A stretch of 62,996 nt of DNA, counting the filler, from Choristocarpus tenellus KU-1152 (lineage: Eukaryota; Protista; Phaeophyceae), in NCBI GenBank assembly GCA_964200185.2. It is 11 parts of 11 records of this genome, joined end to end, with 100 filler letters (N's around TTAATTAATTAA, not from the genome) between each part and the next. Parts side by side here need not be neighbours in the genome. Positions count along the whole stretch, not along the records: positions 24,315 to 27,879 come from CAXNAD020019227.1; positions 27,980 to 32,232 come from CAXNAD020015468.1; positions 32,333 to 36,668 come from CAXNAD020015051.1; positions 36,769 to 42,689 come from CAXNAD020009409.1; 7 more parts are not named here. One strand, given 5' to 3'. Position numbers and translations under genes: made by a program. The notes under the pieces were generated by a model. The model made no database searches, was not told the origin of the DNA, and saw only the letters and a list, made by a program, of their open reading frames with translations. Below are positions 25,701 to 37,953 of this stretch, piece after piece; within the stretch, counting starts at the first letter, position 1, and each line of letters starts with the position of its first letter.

Positions 25701-25806
25701 AAATCACAAGTCATAGCTCCTTCCCAGTATGTCAATTCCTGGCTGTTTTATAATGATATGGTAAGTTTATATGCCGTATCGTTTTCATCGTTACAACTCC
25801 ACTCGC

Positions 25807-26392
25807 CTGCATGGACGCAAAGACCTCTTTCGCAGAGTCAATCAGCTCATCAGTTTTCACGGCTGAGGTGGACTTGCTACCTCCCTTTGAGACAACCTCC
25901 GCATCGACTTTTTCCGCCATGCGCAGGGGTGTGGCGGAGTACGATCGGGAAGAAACTCTGCAGGTCGAGCGAGTACCAAGTGGACGCGGTTAGGGAAATA
26001 GGAGGGAGATTGTCAAGTCGACGGCATCATAGCACCGACCACTGCGGTCGATGCAAGTAGATTGTCAAGTTGATATATCGATAACCTTCCCCATATATTG
26101 CATAATCGATCCATAGAGGAGACTGATAGAAGCTAGAAGCGCCAGATAGAGCACTCATCGATAAAAAACAGAGAGATACAAGAACTCTTGACAACACATT
26201 TGTGCGGTGTCTCATTATCGAGCATTATACTGTGTAGCAAAGCCGAATATAATAATGCCTACACCGTACAGGTGCAAACTTTACAAGTGCATACCTGGAT
26301 AAAATGGGTTTGGCAGAAGGTACAGGAACAACAAACCCGGCAGCTGGGGACATAGTTAGGACCGCAATAGCGGCAGCAGAGAAGGTCCTCAT
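25807..26392 (-). CDS. 3'-partial gene for a plastid-targeted protein (bipartite presequence); weakly suggestive of a CURT1/CAAD-type thylakoid protein
   Basis: Exon 1, 26392-26295: MRTFSAAAIAVLTMSPAAG|FVVPVPSAKPILS. A phase-2 GT-AG intron follows. Exon 2, 25957-25807: RVSSRSYSATPLRM-AEKVDAEVV...AKEVFASMQ, then the donor CAG|GCGAGT. Signal peptide + F motif + Ser/Arg transit peptide is the ochrophyte plastid-targeting signature. The CURT1 idea is only a guess. Confidence 0.75.
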
Positions 26393-27169
26393 TGGTAAAA
26401 TGGTCTACCAGGATCAAGGGCAAAGAGCGGGGAAATGTGCACGGGTTAAAAAGTTACAGCAAAATGAAAACGAATCCCAACCGATTTGAGTCCCCCAGTT
26501 CAAGCGTGTAAGGTCATCAAGACATGTATTGTTGCATACTTTGAGGATCCACATTCAAGAGCCTAGACCCTCACCGTTAAGAGAAATGTAAAAAGCGTAG
26601 TGTGTACAGGTAGATGTCTGCGTAAGCAACTTTCTCAACAGCGGAAGTCAAACTCGGTGAATGAACTCTTCAAATCAATTCATGGACAGGTGTTCGAAAG
26701 ACATGAAGAAATCATGAACGAAAGAGGGATGAACTTGCTCCTCCAGGGGTGCAGACACTAATTGATGTCAAGGTTGTATATGAAAAGAATATATAAAATG
26801 TAACCCTTCTCACTTTGTATTGTTTAAATTGATAATAGTATGTAATAGTGACCTTCCTGCCTAAGTATACCTTCGAAAGAATCTTGAAAGGACCTACCTG
26901 ACGACGTCAAATCGTGTTGTTCAGTGGAGCTTACAAGGCCCCTTCATATTCACTGTTTACTTCTTCACTCCTCTCCTGAGTCACCTTCTGAGGGTTCCTC
27001 ACTCTCCTGCCTTGTTTCTCTTCCTTCCGTTCCTCCTGTGCGACTTCCTCCTGTCCCCTTCAGTATGAAGAACGCGCTGTCAGTTTCAAACCGTTTCACA
27101 ATAATACATCATATTTACGTCGTTACTTTTTCAGGGTTTTTCTGACGTGTGAATAGTATTCATTGTTTT

Positions 27170-27340
27170 TTTCGAACATTATTTGACGTAGGCGGGATTT
27201 GAACGTCCGTTTCCTGCTGTAGCCTCCAGTTCCTCTCCCCCTTACTGCGTGCGTAGCTAGCTCATACAGGAAACTTTCCACTTGCTTACTGAGGCGCCCA
27301 AAACTTTCCACTGCGAAGTTGTTGAGGTTGTAGTGCCCCT
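27170..27340 (-). mobile_element. Remnant of the restriction-like endonuclease C-terminus of a CRE/R2-type non-LTR retrotransposon
   Basis: FAVESFGRLSKQVESFLYELATHAVRGR...RKRTFKSRLRQI fits the recalled f.vEs.Gr.g......l..lA motif of RLE LINEs. Confidence 0.6.
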
Positions 27341-27640
27341 TTATTAAAGGTCAACTACAAAGCAATGTGTAGACCTATACCTCGAACCCACCTTAACTAT
27401 AAGAAGGTGGGGGAGTTAGGGATTAATTATTTTCGTTGTTATTATGCTACTCTATTAACATTTTTATTATGAGAATTATTTCTTGATTACATATATATAC
27501 TATACAATTACATGACAATACTACTACTACTACTACTATTAATATTATTATTATTATTATCATCACCATCATCATTACTATTATCGACATCATTATTTTA
27601 TTATTATGCCCTCTCATATTTTACACATTTGTCAGGGAAA

Positions 27641-27817
27641 GACCCAAAGTATCTGGGGGGGGGGCAGCTGTCCATTTTGGGTCAACTTTTTCATGACGCG
27701 ATTTTTGGGTAATTTGGTTGCACAAGTCGGATGGATAATGAAAGTGCCCTTTTCCTGGTTTTGACCCAAAATGGACACCCTGGTGTAGACAGCCCCCCCC
27801 CCCATATACTTTGGGTC
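27641..27817. mobile_element. MITE family B, complete copy (177 bp) inserted in another repeat
   Basis: GACCCAAAGTATCTGGGG ... CCCCATATACTTTGGGTC with flanks AAA/AAA. The host repeat (CTGACACATCTGCAAAATGTC family) also occurs at ~28060-28120 and ~36880-36940. Confidence 0.9.
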
Positions 27818-28134
27818 AAAATCAACAAAAACTATTCACATGTCAGAACAAACCCCAAGAAAGTAACAGGTGACATAAANNNNNNNNNNNNNNNNNNNNN
27901 NNNNNNNNNNNNNNNNNNNNNNNTTAATTAATTAANNNNNNNNNNNNNNNNNNNNNNNNNNNNNNNNNNNNNNNNNNNNGAGGATAGAGGAATAAGAAAA
28001 TAGGAATGTGCAAATAATAATAATAATCCAGAATTCGTGAGCAAAGCAAAGCATATATATAGTTTTCATTGGTTTCCCCCCTGACACATCTGCAAAATGT
28101 CGGAAGGCATAATAATAAAATAACCTGAGTTTTC

Positions 28135-28385
28135 TATACAATTGTTCTTTCCTATTAAATCTCAACTATACTACTATAACGTTTCTAAATAGTGGTTCTT
28201 TCCTATTAAATTCAAGAGAATAAGATTTATATGCAATTGTTCTTTCCTATTACAGTTTAAGATTTGTACACAATTGCGCTTTCCTACTAAATCACAATAT
28301 GTAGAAGATTACTACAATATTATTCTTTCCTATTAATCACATATTAAGATTTGTAAACGATTGGTTCTTTCCTACTAAATCACAA
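28135..28385 (+). repeat. Degenerate AT-rich tandem repeat (~40-55 bp unit)
   Basis: TTCTTTCCTA[T/C]TAAATC-like core recurs about six times. Confidence 0.75.
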
Positions 28386-28550
28386 GGTGAGATTTGTTCC
28401 TGAAGATGACATAATGATCTTGGGGCAATATACACAATTAATTATCTTCTCTCCATATACAGAAAATAATCTGTAGTGCTAATAAAATGGTGAGTGACAT
28501 CTACAAATCATGTAATTAGTATGGGATGTGGTTTTCTGTGATGGAGGGAT

Positions 28551-28592
28551 CTGATAAAGCCGAGATGGCGGGTTCGAGCCCTGGCGTGAGTA
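28551..28592 (+). pseudogene. tRNA-derived 3' half (Ile-like; possible SINE head remnant)
   Basis: CTGATAAAGCCGAGATGGCGGGTTCGAGCCCTGGCGTGAGTA contains a B-box (GGTTCGAGCC) and an anticodon-loop-like CTGATAA. No 5' half. Confidence 0.35.
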
Positions 28593-31500
28593 CCGCTGCT
28601 ATGGGTCCTGTTCTATGTGATAGGGGTGATGAGAACCACCAGAGGTGAGTTTCAGAAAGGAAGAGAGAGATGGGACTGAGGCATGCTAGGCATGTGTTGA
28701 CAACTCAGAGTGCTGCTATACCGTTCGGTGCAACTGCATAGCATTAATATATTCCGTTCCACTGGTCTCTGATTTACTGGGAAAATTATTCCAGGATTTC
28801 TGTATTGTTTGTTTAACTACGCATTCTTTGGGGGGAGGAGGGAAAGGAGATTATAGCAGGAAAGGAAAGGGACTGTCAAGTCCCGCTTGCGATAGTGTCC
28901 GTCACTGCATATGTGGCTCTAACAAAACGCGTCTTGCGTTTCAACCTAGGGACAACAGGCAGATGGCGAGAAGGGACTTGTAAGATTCCTGGGATGTTTC
29001 CCAAGTTCCTCGCCTACCATTGTAGAGCAAAGTAGGTTGAAATAGCAGCGTGTACACATTAGATTGAAATTACCAACTTTTAAAGGAGTATTGTAATATA
29101 GTTAGTATTCAAAAATGAAATAGTTTTTGGAGATATGTATCTCTTACATTAACGACAACAGATATTTTTACACCAGTCCTTGTGATATTGATCTGACTTT
29201 TCTCCTGACATATCTGCAAAACGTCAGAGGGTACAAACCAAAGGTATTATCGGTTGGTAGTTGCCATGATAATATTCTATTGTTATTACTATGATGTTTT
29301 TGATGCGTTGTTTCGGTCTCCTGCACACTGAACGGTTTAGAGCCCGCATCACTTACTGTGAAGAACCGTGGAAAAATCGTGATGTCATCATTGTTGACCT
29401 TGAGAAAAATAGATAAAACCGAACCGTACTGTCAAAATCCAAACTGCAACAAACTGTACCATCAAGTCAAAACCCAACCAATCATACCACCACTGTCAAG
29501 AACAGAACTTTAAAGGTAGACAAAAACGTATTGTAACGGTATAGAGAATATTTTCTTGGGTGTTTTGATGTCTTTCTAAACCATGACCTACCTTGAAAAT
29601 TCAATTTGCAACCGTTTCTTACGATCTCAAGTACAACAGCAAAGGTCATTGTGATTGTGTGGACATATCGCACGGTTACAAAACCGTTATATTCGATTGG
29701 ACAGACCTTCACGGTCAGAAACTCACGAAACAATTAAAGTGCAACAATGTAGGGTGCTGAAAAAAGGAAGATTGATTTCGGGATCCACAACTTTACGGTA
29801 TTATTTGGAGCATGAGGATACCCAATACCTATCTATCCAGCGGCTAGGTGGTTAGGCCGAAAATATTAGTATGATCATGAAAGACAAGGTTGTTGACATG
29901 GTTAGAGGCTTTCTGTCTCCATCGTTGGAGTATTACAGGTGTTCGCGCAAGCAAATGCGGAAATCGTATCAACTGTCAGGTCTTCTTTCGTGGCCGAGAA
30001 GAGAACTCGAACATCTTCGAGTGAGGAGTTGTGGCTTGCACAGGAAGGAAGGAACATTGACCGTGACCTGGATGGGGAGAGTGCTTGCTTCAAGAGCCTG
30101 AATGTCGAGGGGTAACTGGAGAAAACGGGGAAGAGGAAGCCTGGTAGATCATGGAGTGCCCTGACCCCCTAAAAGGGTCACACAATAGGATTGGACTCTC
30201 GCACACTTGCAATACCTGAGGAAAGGACAACCAAACCTCGCACAATGAAAAAAGTCTGTTTGATCGTGGAGTGCCCTGACCCCTCCAAAAGGTCACACAA
30301 TAGGATTCGACTCTCGCACACGTGCAACACCTGAGGAAAGGACAAACCAAATCTCGCACAATGGACTTGATTGGAGTCAGCGAAATACTCCGGCCGTCCA
30401 CGGGGAAGTCACATCGAACCCATTTCCATGGAAAACTCGTTCTCTACCGAGAGTTAAGGCCTACACAAACCTCGAGAAAGGGTGGACGGAAGGGCGACCA
30501 AAATATCTTTATTTTTGTATACGGATTTTCTTAATTTTAAAGGAATGAACATCAACAAAAAACCCACGGCAAACAAGGTGGAGGGAGATGACCATGTGAA
30601 CACATCGTATCTACTTCAAATAAACAACAGTATTTGACCATAAGTTAATGCTTTGACAATGTTCATCCTTCAAGTGATCGATTCCACCTTCTAACCATTG
30701 AGTCTGTATGTTGTCCAAGCTCACAAGGTTGGAGTACTGGAGAACTTGGATCTCGGAATCTAGTCACAAAAATATCAATGAAATGGAGGATGAAAAATTG
30801 GCACGATCTCTCAACAACTAGTCCCTCCTTCCCCGTTTAGGCTACATCGTAAGGGCCACCCTGCCACCACTTCTTAGTGGCTCATTGATTGTATCATGGG
30901 GTCGACTGACTCGGTTGAGAGCTAACCTATTTCTCTGAGGGAGAGTGTGAATAAAGTAGATCTCTGCCGCTTGGAGACACACCAGCAAGTCCAGGCCCAG
31001 ATGCCAACCAACACAGGTGGTCTAGTTCTATCTGTCCTCCATGACCCACCACCAGTATGCTACTTTTGTAGACCCACCAGCAGCCACCCTCCCCAACCAC
31101 CTCCTAACAAGTCAACAAGGAGTCCCTGGTGACGAATTCGCTGCCAACATTTGCTCCGGCCCTTTTCCACTAGCCCTACGAGCATCAGTCTCCTCAATCA
31201 GTCCTATCCTCTGGAGTCTCCTCCAAGGACCTGGCGTCGTTCATCAGCCAGGTTTGAGTAGACTTGGATGGAATAATGCCTTTCCAGGGTAACCCCCAGA
31301 AGTTCACACCCTAGCAGCTTATGACGCAGGGGGGGCATCAAGGCAAGCCCTTTATGTTATCACCTGCATCAACAACCAGGTCCACTTTGATCGCCTCTGC
31401 TCCTAGCTGGTACCCTCCATACAGACCCCAGATCTGAAAAGGAGTATTCTGGAATGACATTATTTACCTCGACACAGGAGTAAGTGTGGGTGGCAACAGA

Positions 31501-33389
31501 TCAACAGACGGGCAATTGCTTAACCCCTTAAGCGAGCAAGGCAGATGGATCCTTTCTCCAGAAATTCACCTTATGGTCGCCCAGTCTCTTTAGGGCTGGG
31601 TAGAGGGCGCACAACCCAGCCACTGCTCGGTAGCTGGATGAGAACGACAGGGTGATACGATAGTCACATACGCACATGCCCCAAGGCTGGAGGACAAGTA
31701 TGGCAGCATTTGGCTGTGGTCAGACAACTGGGCAGTGCCTGCAGGCTAATGGGTGGGTGTCCCTTGCCCCTTCAACTTTATCTGCGTTGTCAGTATGGGT
31801 ACATTATTCCATGCTGGAGCACTAAATAATATGGTACCACTGCCCCTTAAGGGAAAAGGGGCTTACATGGTACTGGATATGGGCTTCGCAGAGGTCGAGC
31901 AGACTGTCATCTCCAACAAGAATAAGTAAACAACATTGTATATACTGCTATTAATTGTACTACTCAGTATTATATTATTATTATCCCAGCTGACATTTTG
32001 AAGATGTTGCATAGTGGAAATAAAAAAATATGGAGTTAGAGTATAGAACAAACATGACAACAGACAAAAATCGAGGATGGGGTACTGAAGGGCGCCTTGG
32101 TGTGTGCGGGTAACATGGGGGGTTGTGCATGGGGGGATAGGGCCGGGCAAGCTACAGTCTACCAGGTGGTGGCTCAAAGTATCTGAAGGGGGGGGGGGGG
32201 GGGGGGGCAGACGCGGAGGTCAAGTCCTGCCGNNNNNNNNNNNNNNNNNNNNNNNNNNNNNNNNNNNNNNNNNNNNTTAATTAATTAANNNNNNNNNNNN
32301 NNNNNNNNNNNNNNNNNNNNNNNNNNNNNNNNCAAAAAAGTGAAAATCGAAAAAAGGGTGAAAAACGGATGCTGACACCACCCCCCAGATAGTTTGACCC
32401 ATGGGGAGTAATAATAATGAAAAGAGCTGAACCTAACCAGAAATTCGTCAAGGATTCCAAATCTTCTTTCAAAAATGAAGTCTTCAAAAGTTATGGACAA
32501 CACGGCACAGACGTATGGAACGGAGGTAGTATACAAAGTTGAGACAAAAATACCAATCTTTGTTATCCTATATCTATCGCCATATACCATCAGTGGATCT
32601 CTATGACATGATTGGTTACCTAATCCAATCAGTTACTGTAACTCCACCAGTGGTGCGTATTTGTGTGACAGTACCTCTTGACAACAACTTCCCTCCCATG
32701 CCTTCCTTCTGAGCTTGTGGGTCCTAACAAGCAAACGTGATCCTTCTCTTTTCTCCCCAGAGAGGCCCCCAGAATTTTCCAGGCACACCCCTTTTTCTTT
32801 TCTCCCTGTGACAACATATGCAAAATGACAGGAGCAAGTGCATATTTAATCATTATGTACTCCTTGCAATAAATTGCATTACATAGTATTATTGTATACT
32901 GTACTACTTGTGTCTGTACACTCTACTATAATACAATATGCACTCCTGTTCTTCTATTATGATGCATACTTAGTACATAATGCAGAGTGAAGAACATTGC
33001 TGTAAAAAACTCAAGGAAGGGATGATACCATAATATTGCCAAGAAAATTAACCACCGCATGCAAACATCAGACCAGGTGGCACACATAATATAATATATA
33101 AGGACCAACACATAGCACACCTGATCCTGCTGAGAGTACCATATATTTTAAAAACAGAATTTGAGCTTTGAAGTGGGACTGGTTGTGGCTCTGTTCTTCA
33201 TCCTCCCTTGAATCTGGTATCTGGTGCGTACTATAGACAGTTCAACCATAGGAACTGATCTATGATGGCATGTAAAGACTCCACCCCATGTTGGGGCTTA
33301 CAGCTCTGCTATTTGTTGAAGGAGTGAGCATAGATCCAGTCAAGGATCACATATGCTCCAAACATCAAATACAGCAAACCCCTCAGCTA

Positions 33390-36300
33390 TGGTAGGAAAA
33401 CCCTCCATGCTGTGTCTACAACACCCCCAGAGCCAAGCATGCTACCAACAACGGCAAAAGTGCCAGCTTGACAAAGAACAGCATGCAATATCCAACTCAA
33501 AGTCAATCTGTACTGCCTCCTAATTGCATTGCGTGCCTGAGCATGCAACTTCAGTTTCTTCAACTGTTTACATGGAAAGACAGGGACATCCTCCAAAATG
33601 GAAGAGAGTGACTCCCACATCCTCTCGTCCTCACTTAACCCCAAACAATCCACCAAAACCTGGTATTCATATCCTTCTACCCTGCGCACTGCCAGAATAT
33701 CAGACATTTCAAATTCCCCCTGGTTCTGAATGTACTGGAATGTTGGCTTTATCTCTGTGGTCACGTTCAGCTCCTTGTCTGCATAGAACCACAACCTTTT
33801 TAGCCGCTGCACCATTGCTGCTCTGCAACGATGCCCAGCTTCTCCCGTGTGTGCACGCACCATCAGGCGTGTCCACATATCCTTTGCCATATCAGGTATC
33901 CATGGTGGGGCTGTAACCTCAGCACCCACCTGTATCATGCCATCCTGGTCATGATGTACACAGCTAGCAGAGGTAATAAATCCTCCATTTTCATGCACCA
34001 TCACACCCCTTAGGGTCTTGCTGGCCACTAGTTGTGCCTCATACACCACCGCTCTTGATGGCAGGATGTCCTCTCCCTGCACCTCCGTAGACACAGCTAC
34101 AGCTCACACCACCACCTTATTCTCCATGGCCTAGTGTAGCCGTGATCCCTTGAAAGAACTGCTCAGGAATCCCAGCGGCTCATGGCTCATATTTCCACTG
34201 CAACGCCTGCATTCAGCTCCAACTGAGGGATCTGTGTAACAAAACACCCCCAGTGCTTGTCAGAGGCATCTGGAGACATCAGCACTGCACACTCCTCCCT
34301 CGGGTGTGAGAGTACCGTCCGTGAGACAAGGTTCACTGTGCTGAAATCCGTCACCAGCCAATAGCCGTCCGTGTCCCTCAGGTTTGGGCAAAAGCAATGA
34401 TGGGTTGCTCCATACATCCTGTGGGGCCCACCTCAGCATCCCCAGTACGACCATTAGGCCCATAAATTCTGCCATCCAGCTGTGTTGCTTCAGATGGGAC
34501 GCCCTGGGTCTGGCCTTCACAGGAGTCGCCCCTTCCTTCAGCACCACCTGTATAGGCTCCATCTTGAAAGGCGGATCACGCCCCAAGAATACCCGGAACA
34601 CATTGTCCGGGTTGCTATCACTTGTTTTAGGCACCCCCAGGCACCCAAGGGCATCTCAGATCGTTGTGCCTCTTGTAAGGAGGTTTCTAAGGCCAAGCTT
34701 CGCTTTTTTTCCTCCTCTGCAGGGTCCATCATGAGATCAGGGCCTTGCTCCAGCAGTGTAGAGACGGAGTCGTCGCCTCTGTCCAGATGAGCCGTCCCCA
34801 TGCTCTCCTCCATCACCTCCATGCTAACACTCATACGCCACATAGAAGTAATATCTTGTTCGAGACCTGCAATGTGCAATTCTGTCTTCCTTTGGGTCGC
34901 CTCCTCAAAGGATTGCTTCGTGTCAAAGCCTAAGACGTCCCGCAATGTCTTGCTGACCACAATTAACACATCATCATTGCCTGGTGTAAGTGCTAAGACA
35001 AGAGTTCTCACCACTATGGGCCCATAGCCTGAGTGGAGTACCACATTTAAGGGACGAGTCACATTCCCTATGGACTCAGATAAACCATTTGCTATCTTTA
35101 TGGGGTAGGGCTGATGGAGGGGCTTCTTTAGCGCTGCTCCATCAAAACGTTGCTGCATTTTTTTCACCAGGCTCTCAGATATGCTTGTGATCCCTGACCC
35201 TGGGTCCATCAGGGCCTTCATACTGAAAGGCAACTCTCCATGCATGTTGACCCCACTGAGGTTACATCTGCTGTACCATGGTAGCTCAACCTTTCTGAAT
35301 CCACCCCTTTCCGTAGCTAGGGACACTTCTTTATGAGTGCCCTGGATTTTTCGCAGGCCAGTATGGCCTGCATAAGGATTAATGTTTGGATCCGGGCTTG
35401 GTTGCAGCAGAGGCATCCCATGATCCACATAGTCAGGAACCATCTCATTGACCCTCACTTCCCTGCCACCCGCACTCCCACCACCATTGCCTTGCCTTAA
35501 CTCGGTAGCAGGCTGTGGAGCTAACCCCTGCTGGCTCCTTGTATCTTGGGCTGCACCTAGACGACTTGTTCCTCCCCCTACACTTGTTGCTGTCTGGCAC
35601 CCCTGGGTTGTTATCTTGACCCTGGTCCAGATCCCCTCCCAGGGTCTGTACCTCTACCATGATGCTGTGGGTACCCCTGCTGCTGATGCTACTGTTCCTT
35701 CCGGATTCCAACCAGCAAGCTTCGGCATTGAGCATGCTTATGCCCAACCTGGCTTGCCATTCGTCTCCCCAAACTTAGGCTTCCCCTCTTGGTGTTTACC
35801 ACCAGGTTCCCCTTGCTTGGTTCGTTTCGATTCAAATTCCTGGGCCCTCTCCTACATTCTCCAGTTTTCGGCTTCCTCCTTTACCAGCTCAAAGATCTGG
35901 TCTGGATCCTTTTTTAGCTCAGGATCCCAAACCACATACTTAGCAATTTCAGCCTTAAACACAGGGGATTTAAGCCCTGCAATAAAGGCCTCTGAGAGCA
36001 CCTTTCCCAGCCCTGCCTTCCAAGTTTCAAGTGTCCCCCACTTGTCCAGCATTATTTCGGAAAGCACCATCCAGATTGTTATCTTCTAGATAGCTTTGTA
36101 TATCCTGGATCACACCCATGACCCTATCTACGGCTGGCCTTCGTTTCCCATCCGGGCCACCCTCCGCAAATCCCTTTGAATTTGCCCTATATCGAAGGTT
36201 CTGCAGTCGTCACCGACTCTCGCCACCTTCTTAAGGGCTTTAAGGAGTTGCTCCTCTGTCGCTGCAGCCCAATTGTTTTTTAGTTCGCCGGCACCAGTGC

Positions 36301-36400
36301 TCGTCTCTGAGCGACGGTTAAGGACTCGGACAGCGTCACGAACGCAATTTGAACACCTCCTTTTGAGTGTTTCATTCTAACGCTCATCTCATCTTCGCGT
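33390..36400 (-). mobile_element. Internally deleted Ty3/Gypsy chromovirus-type LTR retrotransposon
   Basis: In order on the minus strand: gag (AFIAGLKSPVFKAEI), protease (KALMDPGSGITSIS..IKIANG), RT N-terminus (PIQVVLKEGATPVKARPR..WSNPSLLLPKP / YWLVTDFSTVN), integrase HH half (AHTGEAGHR) and chromodomain (FEMSDILAVR..YQVLVDCLGLSEDERMWESL). A G-run followed by TG at 33423 could be the PPT/LTR edge. Confidence 0.88.
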
Positions 36401-37696
36401 CGGGCTGTCAGAAACTCTCTGACCTCCTCAGCAATTCTCTCAACTCGTGGAGGTTGAATATGTGCGCTATCATCAATTTAGACCAATCGGTCTCTCACAA
36501 CCCCCCCCCCAGGCTGCGCCAGGTCCATCGGCGTCGTTCATTGACATATGGACCCTTCGTCTCTCAAGTAACTATGCTGGTTTCTGCCCGGTTGTGTGCA
36601 CTCCAAGCTCCAGCAAGCTCCCGCGATCACGTGTTGGCCTTCCCCAGCCAAATCCAGTGCCACACTCGNNNNNNNNNNNNNNNNNNNNNNNNNNNNNNNN
36701 NNNNNNNNNNNNTTAATTAATTAANNNNNNNNNNNNNNNNNNNNNNNNNNNNNNNNNNNNNNNNNNNNGTACAATATTTGATAGTAGTGAAGTAACTGAT
36801 CAGTGGTTTCCACGCATTGTCTTATAGTATTCTTATGTTGAGGACATTTTAGATACACATATGTATATATTACACATATGTATATAGTTTTCATTGGTTT
36901 TCCCCTGACACATCTGCAAAATGTCAGAGGGCATAATAATAAAATTATATGGAACATACTATACTTGTAAGGCTGACAGATGTCGACTGTTCCATACTTC
37001 CTATCCACCGTCATATTTTAATAGTAGTTGATGATGCTATGATGAGGTGGTAATTGTAAATGTGATTAACGACCAGTAGGGCGATCAATACTCAGTATGA
37101 ATTGGTAATTGTATCGAATGGACAAAAAGAGAGTACTCTGTGTTTTTCACATCCTCGAGGTCTATGTGGGGAGAAGGCGTGGTCTTAAGGAAACTTCCCT
37201 CATTGAACCCAAAGGTAAAAAGCGTCGATGGAAGGAGGTACGGAATCTAAGGGACCAGGGTGGTAGTGTAGTCCGTGCTCTATTTGTGAGTAGGACCCCC
37301 ATACAAGATTACTGTTGTTGTGTAGGTGTAGGTAGGTAGGTAGGTTGGGAAGAGCTGGATCTATTTTGCATGAGCGTGAGCCGTGCAATCAATGCTCGCA
37401 CTTCCTGTTCTCAGTTCAAAGCGTACCTGGAGATGTGCTGGAAAGTGGTTTGTAGGCATTCTCGCCAACAAAAACTATTGTTGAGGGTATCGTTCGAAGT
37501 CTATGTGGGAGCGCGATGTTCAGGAATTTCATTCATCACACCTCCATTGCTTGGAAGATTTTGGTTGTAAGAGCTGTGGGATCTAAGAGACCGAAGTTGG
37601 GAGTGTAACCTGTCCTCCATTTGTGCTGCTGTGTTCGTGTCCGTACCCCAGACTAACGTTTGCTCTTTCTTTCTCTCCTAAGTGCCCCTCGCAATA

Positions 37697-37953
37697 GAGC
37701 CAAACCATTTAAGAGGGTAGGAGTTTTACCCTGTTTATCCGTCCGGGGCTTGGCTTCCCACAGGTTTTTATGCCCTTCTTTGGTTTTATGTGTAAACACA
37801 GTTCCCTAAAATGTGTACGACTATGAAAGGTGTGTCCGGAGCAAGGATATTGACACTTCCTATCGAACACAATAGCCAAAATTACATCAAAACCGCATGA
37901 TTGGATCTTGGACCCCAACGAACGTAGCCCTACCTTCTTATATGCTTTGACTC
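37697..37953. mobile_element. MITE family A, diverged copy 3 (257 bp)
   Basis: GAGCCAAACCATTTAAGAGGGTAG ... CTACCTTCTTATATGCTTTGACTC. The interior is shared with copy 1 (AAGGTGTGTCC.GA.CA.GGATATTGACACTTCCTA). Flanks AATA/AACA. Confidence 0.85.

Noticed and set aside
30900-31870. Possible degenerate gag-protease (YLDTG-like motif near 31465)
   Set aside because: Too fragmentary to support a call.
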